From: Pseudomonadota bacterium
Lineage (GTDB): Bacteria > Pseudomonadota > Alphaproteobacteria > Rhodobacterales > Rhodobacteraceae
Direction: 5' to 3'
Assembly (NCBI GenBank): GCA_039180185.1
Contig: JBCDDS010000004.1
Location: 3,309 to 67,308, forward strand
DNA length: 64,000 nucleotides
This document shows, piece by piece, positions 1-10,439 of the stretch. The notes under the pieces were generated by a model that worked only from the letters and a program-made list of their open reading frames with translations, made no database searches and had not been told where the DNA came from. Every line of letters starts with the position of its first letter. Positions within the stretch are counted from its first letter, which is position 1. The translations under genes and the position numbers were made by a program.

Positions 1-362
1 GTTGAACGTTCGATGCCCATATATGTTTTTCCGTACATGCTTTTTTCTTTCCAAACACCGTATTGCTCGCAGACATCGCTGTGCTCATCGGATAACAGGG
101 GCACACCCAGGCTGTGTTTGTCGCGAAATTTCTCAAGTTTTTTGACTGGATCTTTGGAAATTCCGAATACTCTTGCACCAGCTTTCTCAAAATCTGCGGC
201 GAGTTCGGTAAACGCCATCGCTTCTTTTGTGCAACCGCCCGTATCAGCTCGAGGGTAGAAAAATAAAACCACTGAATTTGGGAGCTGATCAGAAAGCGAG
301 ACTGTCTCTCCTCCATCACGGGGCAGTGAAAAATCTGGAGCTATTTGTGAGACGTCAAGCAT
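1..362 (-). CDS. bcp: Peroxiredoxin Bcp/PrxQ (partial, runs off window start)
   Basis: Manual translation from ATG at 362: MLDVSQIAPDFSLPRDGGETVSLSDQLPNSVVLFFYPRADTGGCTKEA, with the FYP..T.GC peroxidatic motif and an AAGGAG RBS. Not in the ORF track because it is truncated. Confidence 0.9.
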   Translation of the reverse strand, partial: MLDVSQIAPDFSLPRDGGETVSLSDQLPNSVVLFFYPRADTGGCTKEAMAFTELAADFEKAGARVFGISKDPVKKLEKFRDKHSLGVPLLSDEHSDVCEQYGVWKEKSMYGKTYMGIERS

Positions 363-454
363 ATGTTTTCTCCTTTTTAAAAAGTGATTTTCAAAATAGG
401 ACGGTTAAGGTGAGAATAAAGGTCGCGGGCAGGCAAAAAAACAAAGACGATTAG

Positions 455-3400
455 ATGGCAGAGAATGCATCCAAATTAAGCTCTGGCTCCCTCATGAATG
501 GGATTGTTGCCGTATGCTTCAATTTCCTTCTTTTGGTGATTGTTGTCAGCTTCGTTTTGGTCATTAGCATTGTTGGCACACGCATTGTTGCGCCAGATTG
601 GTTGCGCGAAAACATCGCCGAAAAAATCAATGCCTCTGTGGATGACGTGGGCTTCGAGTTCGGAGATGTTTCCGTCGTCATCGACGACGGTTTTGTGCCT
701 AGGCTTTGGTTGCGCGACGTTACAATCATGGACGACACGGGTCATCCGATCGCAAGGCTATCGGATATGCAAAGTGCCGTTGCATTGCGACCGCTGCTCC
801 GCGGTGAACTACATCCTAGTTATGTGCGTTTGACTGGCGCACAATTGAAGCTGCAACGAGCGAACGACGGTGCAGTGGAGCTTGCCGTTGGGGACGTCAG
901 TGAACCAGTTGAATCTGCCCCTGATATTGCTTCTTTGATCCAGCAGCTTGACGAGGTTTTGTTGCATCCCGGATTGCGCGAGTTATCCCTGATAGAGGCA
1001 CGAAACGTAACCCTACAGTATGAAGACGCGCGCTCTGGCGAAACCTGGACGATGGACGGGGGGAGCATGGCGCTCACGCGTGATACCGACAATGTTCGCC
1101 TTCGTGGAGACTTTGTCCTTCTTGGAAATAGAGATTACGCGACCAATCTTGCAATGAATTATACTGGTCGTATCGGGCAAACAGCTTCGGAGGTCGGTCT
1201 TAGCTTCGAGGATATGCCATCCCGAGCGATTTCAAGTCAGTCACCGGCCTTAGCTTGGTTGGCGGCAGTTGATGCGCCGATTTCTGGTGCCCTGCGTGCA
1301 AGCGTGGATGAAACAGGCGCGCTTGGTCCGTTGAATGCCACTTTGCGCATGGGCGAAGGCGCGATTCAACCGACAGATGACACGCTTCCCGTCACCTTTG
1401 AGTCTGCGCAAGTTTACTTCACTTATCACCCACAAGAGCAGCGCATTTCCGTTTCTGAAGTGGCGGTTAATAGCAAATGGCTTGATGCCGTTGGTGAAGG
1501 TCAAGCCACCCTTATTGATGTTCAGGACGGTTGGCCGAGCAGCATCGATGTGCAGTTTGACGTGAACAGCCTTTTGGCTTCGCCTGCCGAGCTTTATGAC
1601 CAACCCGTTGCGCTGGATGCTGCGAAACTGGACATGCGACTGCAGCTTGATCCCTTTGCCATAAGTCTGCGTGAGTTCAGCATTGTAGACCAAGAGGAGA
1701 CATTCACCCTCGCCGGCGAGGCGCGTGTTGAAGCTGAGGGGTGGGATCTCATCGTCGATGGTCACATGGACCAGATGGACCCAGATCGCCTTATCGAGCT
1801 TTGGCCCAAAAAGCTTGCGCACAAAGCACGTAATTGGGTGGTAGACAACATTCGTACGATAGACATCAGCAACATTGAAGTGTCGGTGCGCTCTTTGCCC
1901 ACGCACAAGCCGGATTTTTCGATGGCCTTTGCGTTCAGCGATTTTAATTCTCAATTCATAAGAGAATTCCCGATTGTTGAAAGCGGTTATGGTCGCGCAA
2001 CGCTTGTCGACTACCGTTTCTCAGTTGAGGGTCATGGAGGCCATATTTCGCCGCCACAAGGTGGCAAAGTGGATATTGCTGGAACAGTTTTTGAGATCCC
2101 CGACGTGCGCGCGAAACCAACGCCAGCCAAAGTGCATCTTAAGACCGAAAGCACAATCACTGCTGCGTTGTCGTTGTTAAATCAGGCCCCTTTATCCCTG
2201 ATTGATAAAACCGAACTCCCAGTCACCCTGGCCGATGGCAGGGTGGCGCTTGACGGCGTCATCGATGTCAACCTGTCGAAACCTGTAGAAACAGACAATG
2301 TTGCGTTCAATGTAACCGGGCGACTCGATAACGTTCGTAGCGAAGTTTTGGTAAAAAACAGAGTACTGAGCGCGAAGACCTTGCAGTTGAAGACAACGCA
2401 AGAGGTGCTCACACTTTCGGGCGACGGTACGATAGGTGAGGTGCCTTTTTCCGGTACATTCGAGACATTTCTCGGCCCGGACAACAAAGGCAGCAACGCC
2501 AAAGGCAAAATTGAGCTGTCCAGCCGATTTCTGAATGAATTCAAGATCGGGTTGCCTCCAGGTACAGTTTCTGGCGAAGGTTCGGCAGATGTCGAGATCG
2601 ATTTCCAAAAGGGCGAAAGACCAGAGTTTCGCGCAGTGTCGGATCTCGAAGGTCTTGGACTACGGATACCGCAAATTGGATGGACTCTACCGCGAGCGAC
2701 AAAAGGTGTTTTGGAGTTTAGCGGACGATTTGGCGAGCCTGCTGTGATTGACCGCGTATTGATTGATGCGGCTGGATTGCGTGCGTCGGGCAACGTTAGC
2801 TTAAGAGCAAACGGGCAGTTGGATAGAGCGTCTTTCACACAAGTAAAGGTCGGGCGTTGGATAGATGCACCTCTCGAATTCGTCGGTCGCGGCGCAGGCA
2901 AAGCGCCGCAAATTCGGGTGCTGGGTGGCGTGTTGGATCTGCGTGAAACGTCAATTGCGAGCGCTCGATCACCAGGAGAAGAGGGCGCGCGAAACTCAGG
3001 TCCAATCGAGGCAGTTCTCGATCGTTTGCAAATCTCAGATTCGATTGCTCTCACAGATTTTCGTGCCGATATGATCACAAGAAATGGTCTAGACGGCGCT
3101 TTTACTGGCCGAGTAAACGGTGGCGCACCTATCCAAGGCCAAATAGTGCCAAAGGGTGGGCGCAGCGCGTTTCGCCTGCAATCCGATAATGCCGCTGCCG
3201 TATTGGCCTCTGCTGGTCTGTTGCAGCAGGCGCGCAATGGTAAGCTCGATGTTTCCCTGTTGCCAGGCGAAAAACCGGGTGTTTATGAGGGGTACTTGAG
3301 AGCAACCGGTAACATTCGCATCAAGGAAGCTCCAACAATGGCTGCAGTACTTAACGCAGTGAGCATCGTGGGTCTGCTTGAGCAAATGGGTGGAGATGGC

Positions 3401-3862
3401 ATCCATTTCGAGGAAGTTGAGGCGCGGTTTCAGCTCTCGCCAGATCGTGTGACTTTGTACTCAGGCAGTGCAATCGGGGCTTCGATGGGAATATCCATGG
3501 ACGGTTATTATTTTCCGGAAACCAAACAGGTTGATATGCAGGGCGTCGTCTCACCGCTTTATGTACTCAACTCCGTGGGCGCCTTATTTACGCGTCGTGG
3601 GGAGGGGCTTTTTGGTTTCAATTATTCAATCAAGGGCCCAACGGATGATCTAAAAGTTAAGGTCAATCCACTTACGGCATTTACGCCTGCAATGTTTCGA
3701 AACCTTTTCCGCAGGTCGCCGCCGCAACCAAACGTAGCGACGCGTGATAGCAGTGGTGTCAACGGAGTCCCATCCGATGAATTACAGTCCGAGGGGCCAC
3801 AACAATCATCGGGGGTGACTGGAAGTACCATCGATTATGGTGATGCGTCTTCTGATAGATGA
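455..3862 (+). CDS. AsmA-like/YhdP family (DUF3971) envelope protein
   Basis: 1135 aa with an N-terminal TM helix, a beta-rich body and a C-terminal AsmA_2-like region ([13 protein letters not shown]...VNPL); the bcp-AsmA-queA order is typical of alphaproteobacteria. Confidence 0.8.
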   Translation: MAENASKLSSGSLMNGIVAVCFNFLLLVIVVSFVLVISIVGTRIVAPDWLRENIAEKINASVDDVGFEFGDVSVVIDDGFVPRLWLRDVTIMDDTGHPIARLSDMQSAVALRPLLRGELHPSYVRLTGAQLKLQRANDGAVELAVGDVSEPVESAPDIASLIQQLDEVLLHPGLRELSLIEARNVTLQYEDARSGETWTMDGGSMALTRDTDNVRLRGDFVLLGNRDYATNLAMNYTGRIGQTASEVGLSFEDMPSRAISSQSPALAWLAAVDAPISGALRASVDETGALGPLNATLRMGEGAIQPTDDTLPVTFESAQVYFTYHPQEQRISVSEVAVNSKWLDAVGEGQATLIDVQDGWPSSIDVQFDVNSLLASPAELYDQPVALDAAKLDMRLQLDPFAISLREFSIVDQEETFTLAGEARVEAEGWDLIVDGHMDQMDPDRLIELWPKKLAHKARNWVVDNIRTIDISNIEVSVRSLPTHKPDFSMAFAFSDFNSQFIREFPIVESGYGRATLVDYRFSVEGHGGHISPPQGGKVDIAGTVFEIPDVRAKPTPAKVHLKTESTITAALSLLNQAPLSLIDKTELPVTLADGRVALDGVIDVNLSKPVETDNVAFNVTGRLDNVRSEVLVKNRVLSAKTLQLKTTQEVLTLSGDGTIGEVPFSGTFETFLGPDNKGSNAKGKIELSSRFLNEFKIGLPPGTVSGEGSADVEIDFQKGERPEFRAVSDLEGLGLRIPQIGWTLPRATKGVLEFSGRFGEPAVIDRVLIDAAGLRASGNVSLRANGQLDRASFTQVKVGRWIDAPLEFVGRGAGKAPQIRVLGGVLDLRETSIASARSPGEEGARNSGPIEAVLDRLQISDSIALTDFRADMITRNGLDGAFTGRVNGGAPIQGQIVPKGGRSAFRLQSDNAAAVLASAGLLQQARNGKLDVSLLPGEKPGVYEGYLRATGNIRIKEAPTMAAVLNAVSIVGLLEQMGGDGIHFEEVEARFQLSPDRVTLYSGSAIGASMGISMDGYYFPETKQVDMQGVVSPLYVLNSVGALFTRRGEGLFGFNYSIKGPTDDLKVKVNPLTAFTPAMFRNLFRRSPPQPNVATRDSSGVNGVPSDELQSEGPQQSSGVTGSTIDYGDASSDR

Positions 3863-4905
3863 AACTAGACGACTTCGATTTTGAACTTCCGGACGCACTT
3901 ATCGCGACACGGCCTGCAAATCCACGGTCCTCTGCCAGACTTCTCGTTGCTGAGCGCACGAAGTTAACGGATGCAAAGGTCCTTGACCTCACACAGTGGT
4001 TGCGCCCAGGTGATCGACTTGTATTGAACGACACTAAAGTTCTGCCCGCACGATTGAACGGTTTGCGTCGCCGGAAATCAGAGGCAGGCGTAACTAGCGC
4101 CTCGCTGGAGGTCACTTTGCTTGATCCGACGTCTGACGACCAATGGCGCACGCTGATTAAACCGCTCAAAAAAATCCGCGAAGGTGAAACAGTTGAGTTT
4201 GGCGCAGGATTGACAGGGGAACTCACGCGTAAGGAAAACGGCTGCGGCGTTTTTCGGTTCAACATGGTCGGCGCGCATTTTGATCGGGCCTTGACAAAGG
4301 CCGGCGCCATGCCTCTGCCGCCTTACATTGCAGCTAAACGACCAGCAGATGAGCAAGATAATCGCGATTATCAGTCGGTTTTTGCACGTCGACCTGGGGC
4401 TGTTGCTGCGCCTACAGCTTCCCTTCATTTCGACCAGCAACTCATAGCGGATCTGAAAAACATGGGCGTCACGTTCAGTTTTGTCACCTTGCACGTCGGT
4501 GCCGGAACATTTCTGCCTGTTAAGGTCAACGATATCACCAAACACAAAATGCATGCCGAATGGGGAGAGGTTGGTCAAAAGGCAGTTGACGAGATCAAAG
4601 CGACAAAGGCATCGGGCGGGCGTATTGTGCCCGTGGGAACGACTGCTCTGCGATTGATCGAAAGTGCGGCACAAGGCGGCGAATTAATGCCTTGGACAGG
4701 TGAGACTGATATCTTCATCTATCCGGGTTTCGATTTTCGGATCACAGATGCGCTTATGACCAATTTCCATTTGCCAAAGTCGACACTCATGATGCTGGTT
4801 TCGGCACTGATGGGTCAGGATCGAGTTCGCCAGATTTACCAGCACGCTGTGCGCGAAGAGTATAGGTTTTTTTCCTATGGCGATGCGTCGCTGCTCATCC
4901 CCTGA
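3859..4905 (+). CDS. queA: S-adenosylmethionine:tRNA ribosyltransferase-isomerase
   Basis: FDFELP start, [46 protein letters not shown]. Confidence 0.97.
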   Translation: MKLDDFDFELPDALIATRPANPRSSARLLVAERTKLTDAKVLDLTQWLRPGDRLVLNDTKVLPARLNGLRRRKSEAGVTSASLEVTLLDPTSDDQWRTLIKPLKKIREGETVEFGAGLTGELTRKENGCGVFRFNMVGAHFDRALTKAGAMPLPPYIAAKRPADEQDNRDYQSVFARRPGAVAAPTASLHFDQQLIADLKNMGVTFSFVTLHVGAGTFLPVKVNDITKHKMHAEWGEVGQKAVDEIKATKASGGRIVPVGTTALRLIESAAQGGELMPWTGETDIFIYPGFDFRITDALMTNFHLPKSTLMMLVSALMGQDRVRQIYQHAVREEYRFFSYGDASLLIP

Positions 4906-5070
4906 ATTCTTTCTCGGCGTTATGATTTCCAGGTCGCGCTTTTTAGGCCTGTCCTCTTATGAAGTTTTTTTTCTACTTGATCGTCGCGCGACTATGCGAG
5001 GTCGTATTTGGACGCGACCAATTTGACGGCGAAGCGTACCCGCAAGCTAAAACCAATTTGAGGTTAACCA

Positions 5071-6327
5071 ATGTTCTCGGTTCTCTCAGGCGCGTGGGCT
5101 CTTTTGCTTGGTATGATGCTCTTGCAGGTTGGCAACGGCATGCAAAGCACGCTGCTTGGTATTCGGGGAGACCTGGAGGGCTTTTCCACATTCGAGATGT
5201 CGTTGGTGATGTCTGGCTACTTCGTTGGATTTTTGTCTGGCTCACGCAGGGCACCGGTAATGATCCAGCGCGTCGGACACGTGCGCGTGTTCGCGGCGCT
5301 GGCGTCTCTGATATCAGCGGTTATCCTGCTCTATCCGACATTTACGAATGTGTACGCTTGGGCCGCTGGTCGGGTTCTCATCGGCTTTTGCTTCTCGGGT
5401 GTCTATGTCACCGCAGAGAGCTGGCTCAACAATGCGGCGACCAACGAAAATCGTGGCAAGGCGCTTTCGCTTTACATGATCGTTCAAATGCTTGGCATTG
5501 TAAGCGCACAGGCCTTGATGGTCGCGGCTGATCCGGGCGGTTTTATCCTTTTCATAATCCCGTCTATCCTGGTGTCTCTGTCATTTGCACCAATCCTGCT
5601 AACGGTAAGTAAGCAAACGCCTCAATTCGACACGGCTAAGCCAATGACATTGAGGGAGATTTTTGCCGTTTCGCCATTGGGCGTCGTCGGGATGTTCCTT
5701 TTGGGGGGCGTGTTCGCCGCGCAGTTTGGCATGGCCGCCGTCTACGGCGCAGAGGCGGGGCTCACTATTGGCGAGATTTCGATTTTCGTGGCCACATTCT
5801 ATATCGGTGCGCTAGTCGTGCAGTTCCCGCTTGGCTGGCTATCGGACAGGATGGATCGTCGTATACTTATCATGATAGTCGCGGCTATCTGCGCTGTCGG
5901 ATCGCTTATTGGAATGCTTTTTGGCGGCGTGTTCCCAATGCTGCTGATCGCCGCTTTCTGCGTGGGCGGGATGTCAAATCCGCTCTACTCTCTGTTGATC
6001 GCCTACACCAATGACTTCCTGGGGCATGAGGACATGGCCGCTGCGGCGGGGGGCATGGTGTTCGTCAATGGGCTGGGCGCGGTTTTTGGCCCAATTTTGA
6101 CAGGTTGGATTATGGCGGTCGTCGGGCCTAGCGGTTTCTTTCTTTTCATTGGATTGCTGTGTGCCGCGATGGTGGCATATGCGGCCTATCGAACGACACA
6201 AAGAGCGGCACCATCAGTCGATCAGACCGACAGTTATGCCGCGATCGCGCCAAGCGCCTCGCCTGCTGCTGTTGCTTTTGCGCAAGAGTTTGCCATTGAA
6301 GCAGCGCAGGATGGCGACAACACTTGA
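5071..6327 (+). CDS. MFS transporter (YcaD-like)
   Basis: About 12 hydrophobic segments; GWLSDRMDRR loop motif; AESWLN...RGKAL. Confidence 0.88.
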   Translation: MFSVLSGAWALLLGMMLLQVGNGMQSTLLGIRGDLEGFSTFEMSLVMSGYFVGFLSGSRRAPVMIQRVGHVRVFAALASLISAVILLYPTFTNVYAWAAGRVLIGFCFSGVYVTAESWLNNAATNENRGKALSLYMIVQMLGIVSAQALMVAADPGGFILFIIPSILVSLSFAPILLTVSKQTPQFDTAKPMTLREIFAVSPLGVVGMFLLGGVFAAQFGMAAVYGAEAGLTIGEISIFVATFYIGALVVQFPLGWLSDRMDRRILIMIVAAICAVGSLIGMLFGGVFPMLLIAAFCVGGMSNPLYSLLIAYTNDFLGHEDMAAAAGGMVFVNGLGAVFGPILTGWIMAVVGPSGFFLFIGLLCAAMVAYAAYRTTQRAAPSVDQTDSYAAIAPSASPAAVAFAQEFAIEAAQDGDNT

Positions 6328-6445
6328 ACTTTGCCGAGCTTCTGGCAATGTCACGAACTATTGCTGCTGTTGTAAATTTTTACTGTTCAGATAGGAACTT
6401 ATCTCGTTAACCTAGAGTGATCGCGTGCTGAATTAGGAGAGGGAC

Positions 6446-7030
6446 ATGGCAGCGCCCGAAGATATTTTAGAGTTTTGGTTGGACGAGGTTGGTCCAAAAG
6501 GCTGGTACGACCAGTCAGAGGCGCTTGACCAGGAAATCCGTGATAAATTTGGAGACGCCTATAAACATGCTTGCGAAGGCCGGTATGGATTATGGCTGAC
6601 TTATCCGAATGGCACTTTGGCTTACATTATTTTGATGGATCAATTCCCGCGGAATATGTTTCGCGAGACGGATAGATCCTTTGCAACTGACAAGCATGCC
6701 GTCGCTGCTGCTAAAGCTGCAATCGACAGGCGCTGGGATCTTCGCATCGATGAGCCGGCGAGACAGTTTTTCTATCTGCCTTTGATGCATTCTGAAAACC
6801 TATGTGATCAGGACCGTTGTGTCAGATTAATCTGCGAACGTATGCCAGATTACGGTGCGGAGAATATGCTACACGCGAGAGCACACAGAGAAGTAATTCG
6901 CAAGTTTGGACGCTTCCCTTATCGCAATGACGCCTTGAAGCGCACAACGACGCAAGCTGAGGCTTCGTTTCTCGAGCAGGGCGGATATGGCGCCGCAATT
7001 CGCGAGTTACAAAAAGTGGACGCGGCCTAA
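6446..7030 (+). CDS. DUF924 family protein
   Basis: ILEFW, DQFPRNMFR, FFYLPLMHSE, FGRFPYRN; AGGAG RBS. Confidence 0.9.
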   Translation: MAAPEDILEFWLDEVGPKGWYDQSEALDQEIRDKFGDAYKHACEGRYGLWLTYPNGTLAYIILMDQFPRNMFRETDRSFATDKHAVAAAKAAIDRRWDLRIDEPARQFFYLPLMHSENLCDQDRCVRLICERMPDYGAENMLHARAHREVIRKFGRFPYRNDALKRTTTQAEASFLEQGGYGAAIRELQKVDAA

Positions 7031-7055
7031 CGCCGCTTTTTGTCTTGGCGGCGTT
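7029..7055. terminator. Hairpin after the DUF924 gene, possible terminator
   Basis: AACGCCGC-N11-GCGGCGTT inverted repeat. Confidence 0.45.
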
Positions 7056-7072
7056 GTTACCGTTAAAAAAAT

Positions 7073-7088
7073 AGTTTAATGGTAAACT
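7073..7088. promoter_or_regulatory. Palindromic operator upstream of lpdA
   Basis: AGTTTA-ATGG-TAAACT, 33 bp before the lpdA start; regulator unknown. Confidence 0.45.
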
Positions 7089-7121
7089 TATCTGAAATCC
7101 AAGTCATTGGTGGAGCAGGCT

Positions 7122-8516
7122 ATGGCCGAGAAAAAATTCGATCTGATTGTAATCGGAGCGGGCCCAGGAGGCTATGTCGCAGCCATCCGCGCCGCGCAAT
7201 TAGGATTAAAAGCCTGTGTTGTTGAGCGGGAGCACATGGGCGGTATTTGCCTTAATTGGGGCTGTATACCGACCAAGGCCATGTTGCGTTCTGCCGAGGT
7301 TTTCCATCTCATGCACCGAGCCAAGGAATTCGGACTGTCTGCTACTGGCATTGATTATGATCTGGACGCGGTCGTGAAACGGTCTCGGGCGGTTTCAAAG
7401 CAGCTAAATAGCGGCGTTGGACATCTTCTGAAGAAAAACAAAGTGACCGCCATCATGGGAGAAGCAAGCCTGTCTGCCAGGGGCAAGGTAGCTGTTAAAA
7501 CCGATAAAGGTACAGAGGAGCTCTCAGCGAATAACATCATCGTTGCCACCGGTGCGCGCGCCCGCGAGTTGCCCGGGTTAGAAGCTGATGGTGATTTAGT
7601 TTGGACCTACAAACACGCATTAGTGCCGCCACGAATGCCTAAAAAGTTATTGGTGATCGGATCAGGGGCAATAGGAATCGAATTTGCCAGTTTTTACAAC
7701 ACGCTCGGAGCTGACACGACCGTCGTGGAGGTGATGGATCAGATACTGCCGGTTGAGGATCCCGAAATTGCTGCTTTCGCTAAAAAGAGCTTTGAGAAGC
7801 AAGGCATGAAGATCATGGAGAAAGCCATGGTCAAACAGCTTGACCGCGGCAAAGGCAAAGTCACGGCGCATATTGAAAAGGACGGCAAGGCTGAGAAGCA
7901 CGAATTCGATACCGTGATTTCTGCGGTCGGGATCGTTGGAAATACCGAAGGGCTCGGGTTGGAAGCACTCGGCGTCAAAGTCGAGAAGACCCATGTGGTT
8001 GTTGACAAGTACTGCCGCACGGGCGTGGGCGGTATATATGCGATAGGTGATCTGGCTGGCGCGCCTTGGTTGGCTCACAAAGCTAGCCACGAAGGCGTGA
8101 TGGTCGCAGAGTTGATCGCCGGCGGGCACCCGCATGAAGTTAAGCCGGAGTCGATAGCCGGCTGTACGTATTGTCACCCTCAGGTTGCGAGCGTTGGTTT
8201 GACCGAGGCCAAAGCAAAAGAGGCTGGGATTGAAGTAAAGGTTGGGCGTTTTCCATTCATAGGAAATGGCAAGGCAATCGCGCTAGGCGAGGCTGAGGGC
8301 ATGATAAAAACTGTGTTCGATGCCAAGACCGGAGAGTTGCTGGGCGCTCACATGGTTGGTGCCGAAGTTACCGAGCTGATCCAGGGATATGTGGTTGGGC
8401 GTCAACTAGAAACGACTGAGGAGGACCTGATGCAAACAGTGTTCCCCCACCCGACACTAAGCGAGATGATGCACGAATCGGTTCTCGACGCATATGGACA
8501 GGCGGTTCATATCTAA
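7122..8516 (+). CDS. lpdA: Dihydrolipoamide dehydrogenase
   Basis: GAGPGGY FAD motif, GGICLNWGCIPTK disulfide motif, HPTLSE; start placed at ATG 7122 after GGAG. Confidence 0.97.
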   Translation: MAEKKFDLIVIGAGPGGYVAAIRAAQLGLKACVVEREHMGGICLNWGCIPTKAMLRSAEVFHLMHRAKEFGLSATGIDYDLDAVVKRSRAVSKQLNSGVGHLLKKNKVTAIMGEASLSARGKVAVKTDKGTEELSANNIIVATGARARELPGLEADGDLVWTYKHALVPPRMPKKLLVIGSGAIGIEFASFYNTLGADTTVVEVMDQILPVEDPEIAAFAKKSFEKQGMKIMEKAMVKQLDRGKGKVTAHIEKDGKAEKHEFDTVISAVGIVGNTEGLGLEALGVKVEKTHVVVDKYCRTGVGGIYAIGDLAGAPWLAHKASHEGVMVAELIAGGHPHEVKPESIAGCTYCHPQVASVGLTEAKAKEAGIEVKVGRFPFIGNGKAIALGEAEGMIKTVFDAKTGELLGAHMVGAEVTELIQGYVVGRQLETTEEDLMQTVFPHPTLSEMMHESVLDAYGQAVHI

Positions 8517-8562
8517 ACGCAAAAGATCGTTAACGGTTAATGACTTAAAGCAACATAATAGC

Positions 8563-8592
8563 GAAAAGGCCGCCTTGGGGCGGCCTTTTTCT
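8563..8592 (+). terminator. Rho-independent terminator after lpdA (possibly bidirectional)
   Basis: AAAAGGCCGCC-TTGG-GGCGGCCTTTTT. Confidence 0.85.
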
Positions 8593-8631
8593 TGTTCAAT
8601 TGCAACGTGTGTTCACAGTTTCGTGATGGTC

Positions 8632-8665
8632 GTGGAAAATTTTCACACGTGGGATATTTTCACAC
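8632..8665. promoter_or_regulatory. Two tandem 17-bp operator-like sites
   Basis: GTGGAAAATTTTCACAC (8632-8648) directly followed by GTGGGATATTTTCACAC (8649-8665); the same motif occurs at 53843 and 53900. Confidence 0.75.
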
Positions 8666-8703
8666 TCATCCGTAACGTATGCGGATCTCATGGGAGTAAG
8701 TCA

Positions 8704-9309
8704 ATGATACGTAAACTTATTGCAGTGGTGTTTTTGTTGCTGCCAGGGACGGCGTTTTCAGCGACCATTCCATTCATAGGTGGCAATACAACAGTTGAAA
8801 TCACTGCTGATTTGAATGGACTGGGCCTTGCTGGCGCCCCATTCCTTTTTGCATCAGTCGATACCTCCGGGCCGAACCCCGTGTTTTCTTTCCCAATCAC
8901 CGGCGGCTCAACCAACGGTAATACGCTGATTGAACATGACGGCAGCGGTGTAACGCTAGCAGCGCTGTCTGACCCAACAATCAACGCGACTGTAAGCAAC
9001 TTTTTGATTGATGTAGGTGCTGGCACGGTATCCGGAAATGTTAACGGTTCAACGGACCAAGCTGTGTTATTTGATTTTGGCACAGTTGACGGATCTGGCA
9101 TTCAACTTCTAATCGCTGATCCTTTGGCAGGGGCTTTGACGTCTGTCTTTGGAGCACCGGATCTTGCCGGAGCAGAGTTTGGTATCGCAAACGCTTTTCC
9201 AGAAACAGCTAATGTCCCGGCGGTACCGCTGCCGGCAGGCTTGCCGCTCCTTGCGGTGGGTCTAGGCGGTTTTTGGTTCGTCAGACGAAATCAGCGAACT
9301 GACCACTAA
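8704..9309 (+). CDS. Secreted protein with VPLPA-CTERM (PEP-CTERM-like) sorting signal
   Basis: Signal peptide MIRKLIAVVFLLLPGTAFSA; C-terminus AVPLPAGLPLLAVGLGGFWFVRR; GGGAG RBS before ATG 8704. Confidence 0.88.
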   Translation: MIRKLIAVVFLLLPGTAFSATIPFIGGNTTVEITADLNGLGLAGAPFLFASVDTSGPNPVFSFPITGGSTNGNTLIEHDGSGVTLAALSDPTINATVSNFLIDVGAGTVSGNVNGSTDQAVLFDFGTVDGSGIQLLIADPLAGALTSVFGAPDLAGAEFGIANAFPETANVPAVPLPAGLPLLAVGLGGFWFVRRNQRTDH

Positions 9310-9385
9310 GCTGACGTAACCAGTAGGGCACCCGAAAGAACCTTCCCCACCCATTACACTTCCCCTTTCGGGATGCTTTGTTTCG

Positions 9386-9415
9386 ACGACGGTGCCTTCG
9401 GCACCGTCGTTTTGA
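9386..9415 (+). terminator. Rho-independent terminator
   Basis: ACGACGGTGCC-TTC-GGCACCGTCGT followed by T-rich sequence. Confidence 0.8.
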
Positions 9416-9461
9416 TTTGAAGGCATCCAAGCAGGCAGAACAGGATACTGGTGCTTCCACC

Positions 9462-10439
9462 CTAAGTGTTTTGGCTCAGAAGAATGTTCTCATGAAGGAC
9501 TGGGTCAATATTGCCGCCAGTGACCACGCAGATGGCTTCATTACCTATGTGCTCCGAGCCAATCAACCTAAGTGCACATGCGAAACTGGCACAACCGCCC
9601 AGTTCGGCCCGAATACCAAGCTCAGACCACAGCATTCTACAAGCAGTTTTGAGTTCAGTAACGTCCACGCTCTCAAGCCTCAGATTCCGCGCAGTTCGAA
9701 TAGTATCTTGTGGAATTCGCCCAAGGCAGCGGATAGCAATACCTTCCGTTGAAGGCTCGGGCTGTGCATGTTCCAATTCGATCTCTTTCAAGCCATCCCA
9801 AACAATCTTGCTTGTTCGAATATGCGAATCGAGTTCAACACCGATAATCGAAGTATTCATTTTATCAAAAGAGCGGATCGCGGCCGAAAGAATGCCGCCT
9901 CCGCCGATTGGCACAAACACAGGCTTTTGCGTGGTATCCAGCGTGTTTTTGATCTCTTCGAAGACTTGTTGGTTTCCTGCAATTATGTCGTCGTGGTCAT
10001 AGCTTGGTACGAGCACCGCATCTTGGTCCTTCGCGAAGAGTTCAGCGCGTCTGAGCGCCTCTTCATAATCACCATCAACCATCGTAATCTCGCCGCCCGC
10101 CGCACGGATCGCTGAAAGCTTTCTCTCAGGTGTCGAGGTCGGCACGAATATGCGAGCGACCAAGTTTCTATTTGAAGCTGCAAGTGAAAGCCCGATCGCG
10201 TGATTGCCAGTAGAAGCCGTGGTTACCACACCGCTTTTAACTTTATTTCGCGCAAGAAAAGCGCTTGGCCCTCTGAACTTGAAGGAACCACCGTGCTGGT
10301 CTGCTTCGTTTTTGATCCAAAAGGTGCGGTTACCGGACATTTGCAACCGCAAAAAAGGCGTCTCGATTGGTCCACTTGCAGAACCGAAAACTGGATTATT
10401 CGACGAACCCCCGAATTCTAGCAGTTGACTCAAACCCAT
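9462..10439 (-). CDS. PLP-dependent fold-type II enzyme (serine/threonine dehydratase or racemase family)
   Basis: GGSFKFRG PLP lysine, ASTGNHA, VPIGGGG, VTGGN; no regulatory ACT domain. Confidence 0.85.
   Translation of the reverse strand: MGLSQLLEFGGSSNNPVFGSASGPIETPFLRLQMSGNRTFWIKNEADQHGGSFKFRGPSAFLARNKVKSGVVTTASTGNHAIGLSLAASNRNLVARIFVPTSTPERKLSAIRAAGGEITMVDGDYEEALRRAELFAKDQDAVLVPSYDHDDIIAGNQQVFEEIKNTLDTTQKPVFVPIGGGGILSAAIRSFDKMNTSIIGVELDSHIRTSKIVWDGLKEIELEHAQPEPSTEGIAIRCLGRIPQDTIRTARNLRLESVDVTELKTACRMLWSELGIRAELGGCASFACALRLIGSEHIGNEAICVVTGGNIDPVLHENILLSQNT

Noticed and set aside
2182-3237. 351-aa minus-strand ORF and the many other overlapping ORFs in the track
   Set aside because: Antisense or out-of-frame shadows of well-supported genes, with no recognisable motifs.
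8530-8548. Three TTAA elements resembling a CtrA site
   Set aside because: Spacing does not fit TTAA-N7-TTAA.
8632-8665. Tandem 17-mers as a CRISPR remnant or VNTR
   Set aside because: Only two units, no spacer and no cas genes; the pseudo-palindromic form and recurrence at another promoter fit an operator.
8494-8703. 70-codon N-terminal extension of the VPLPA-CTERM ORF
   Set aside because: It spans the lpdA terminator and operator sites; the signal peptide and RBS point to ATG 8704.
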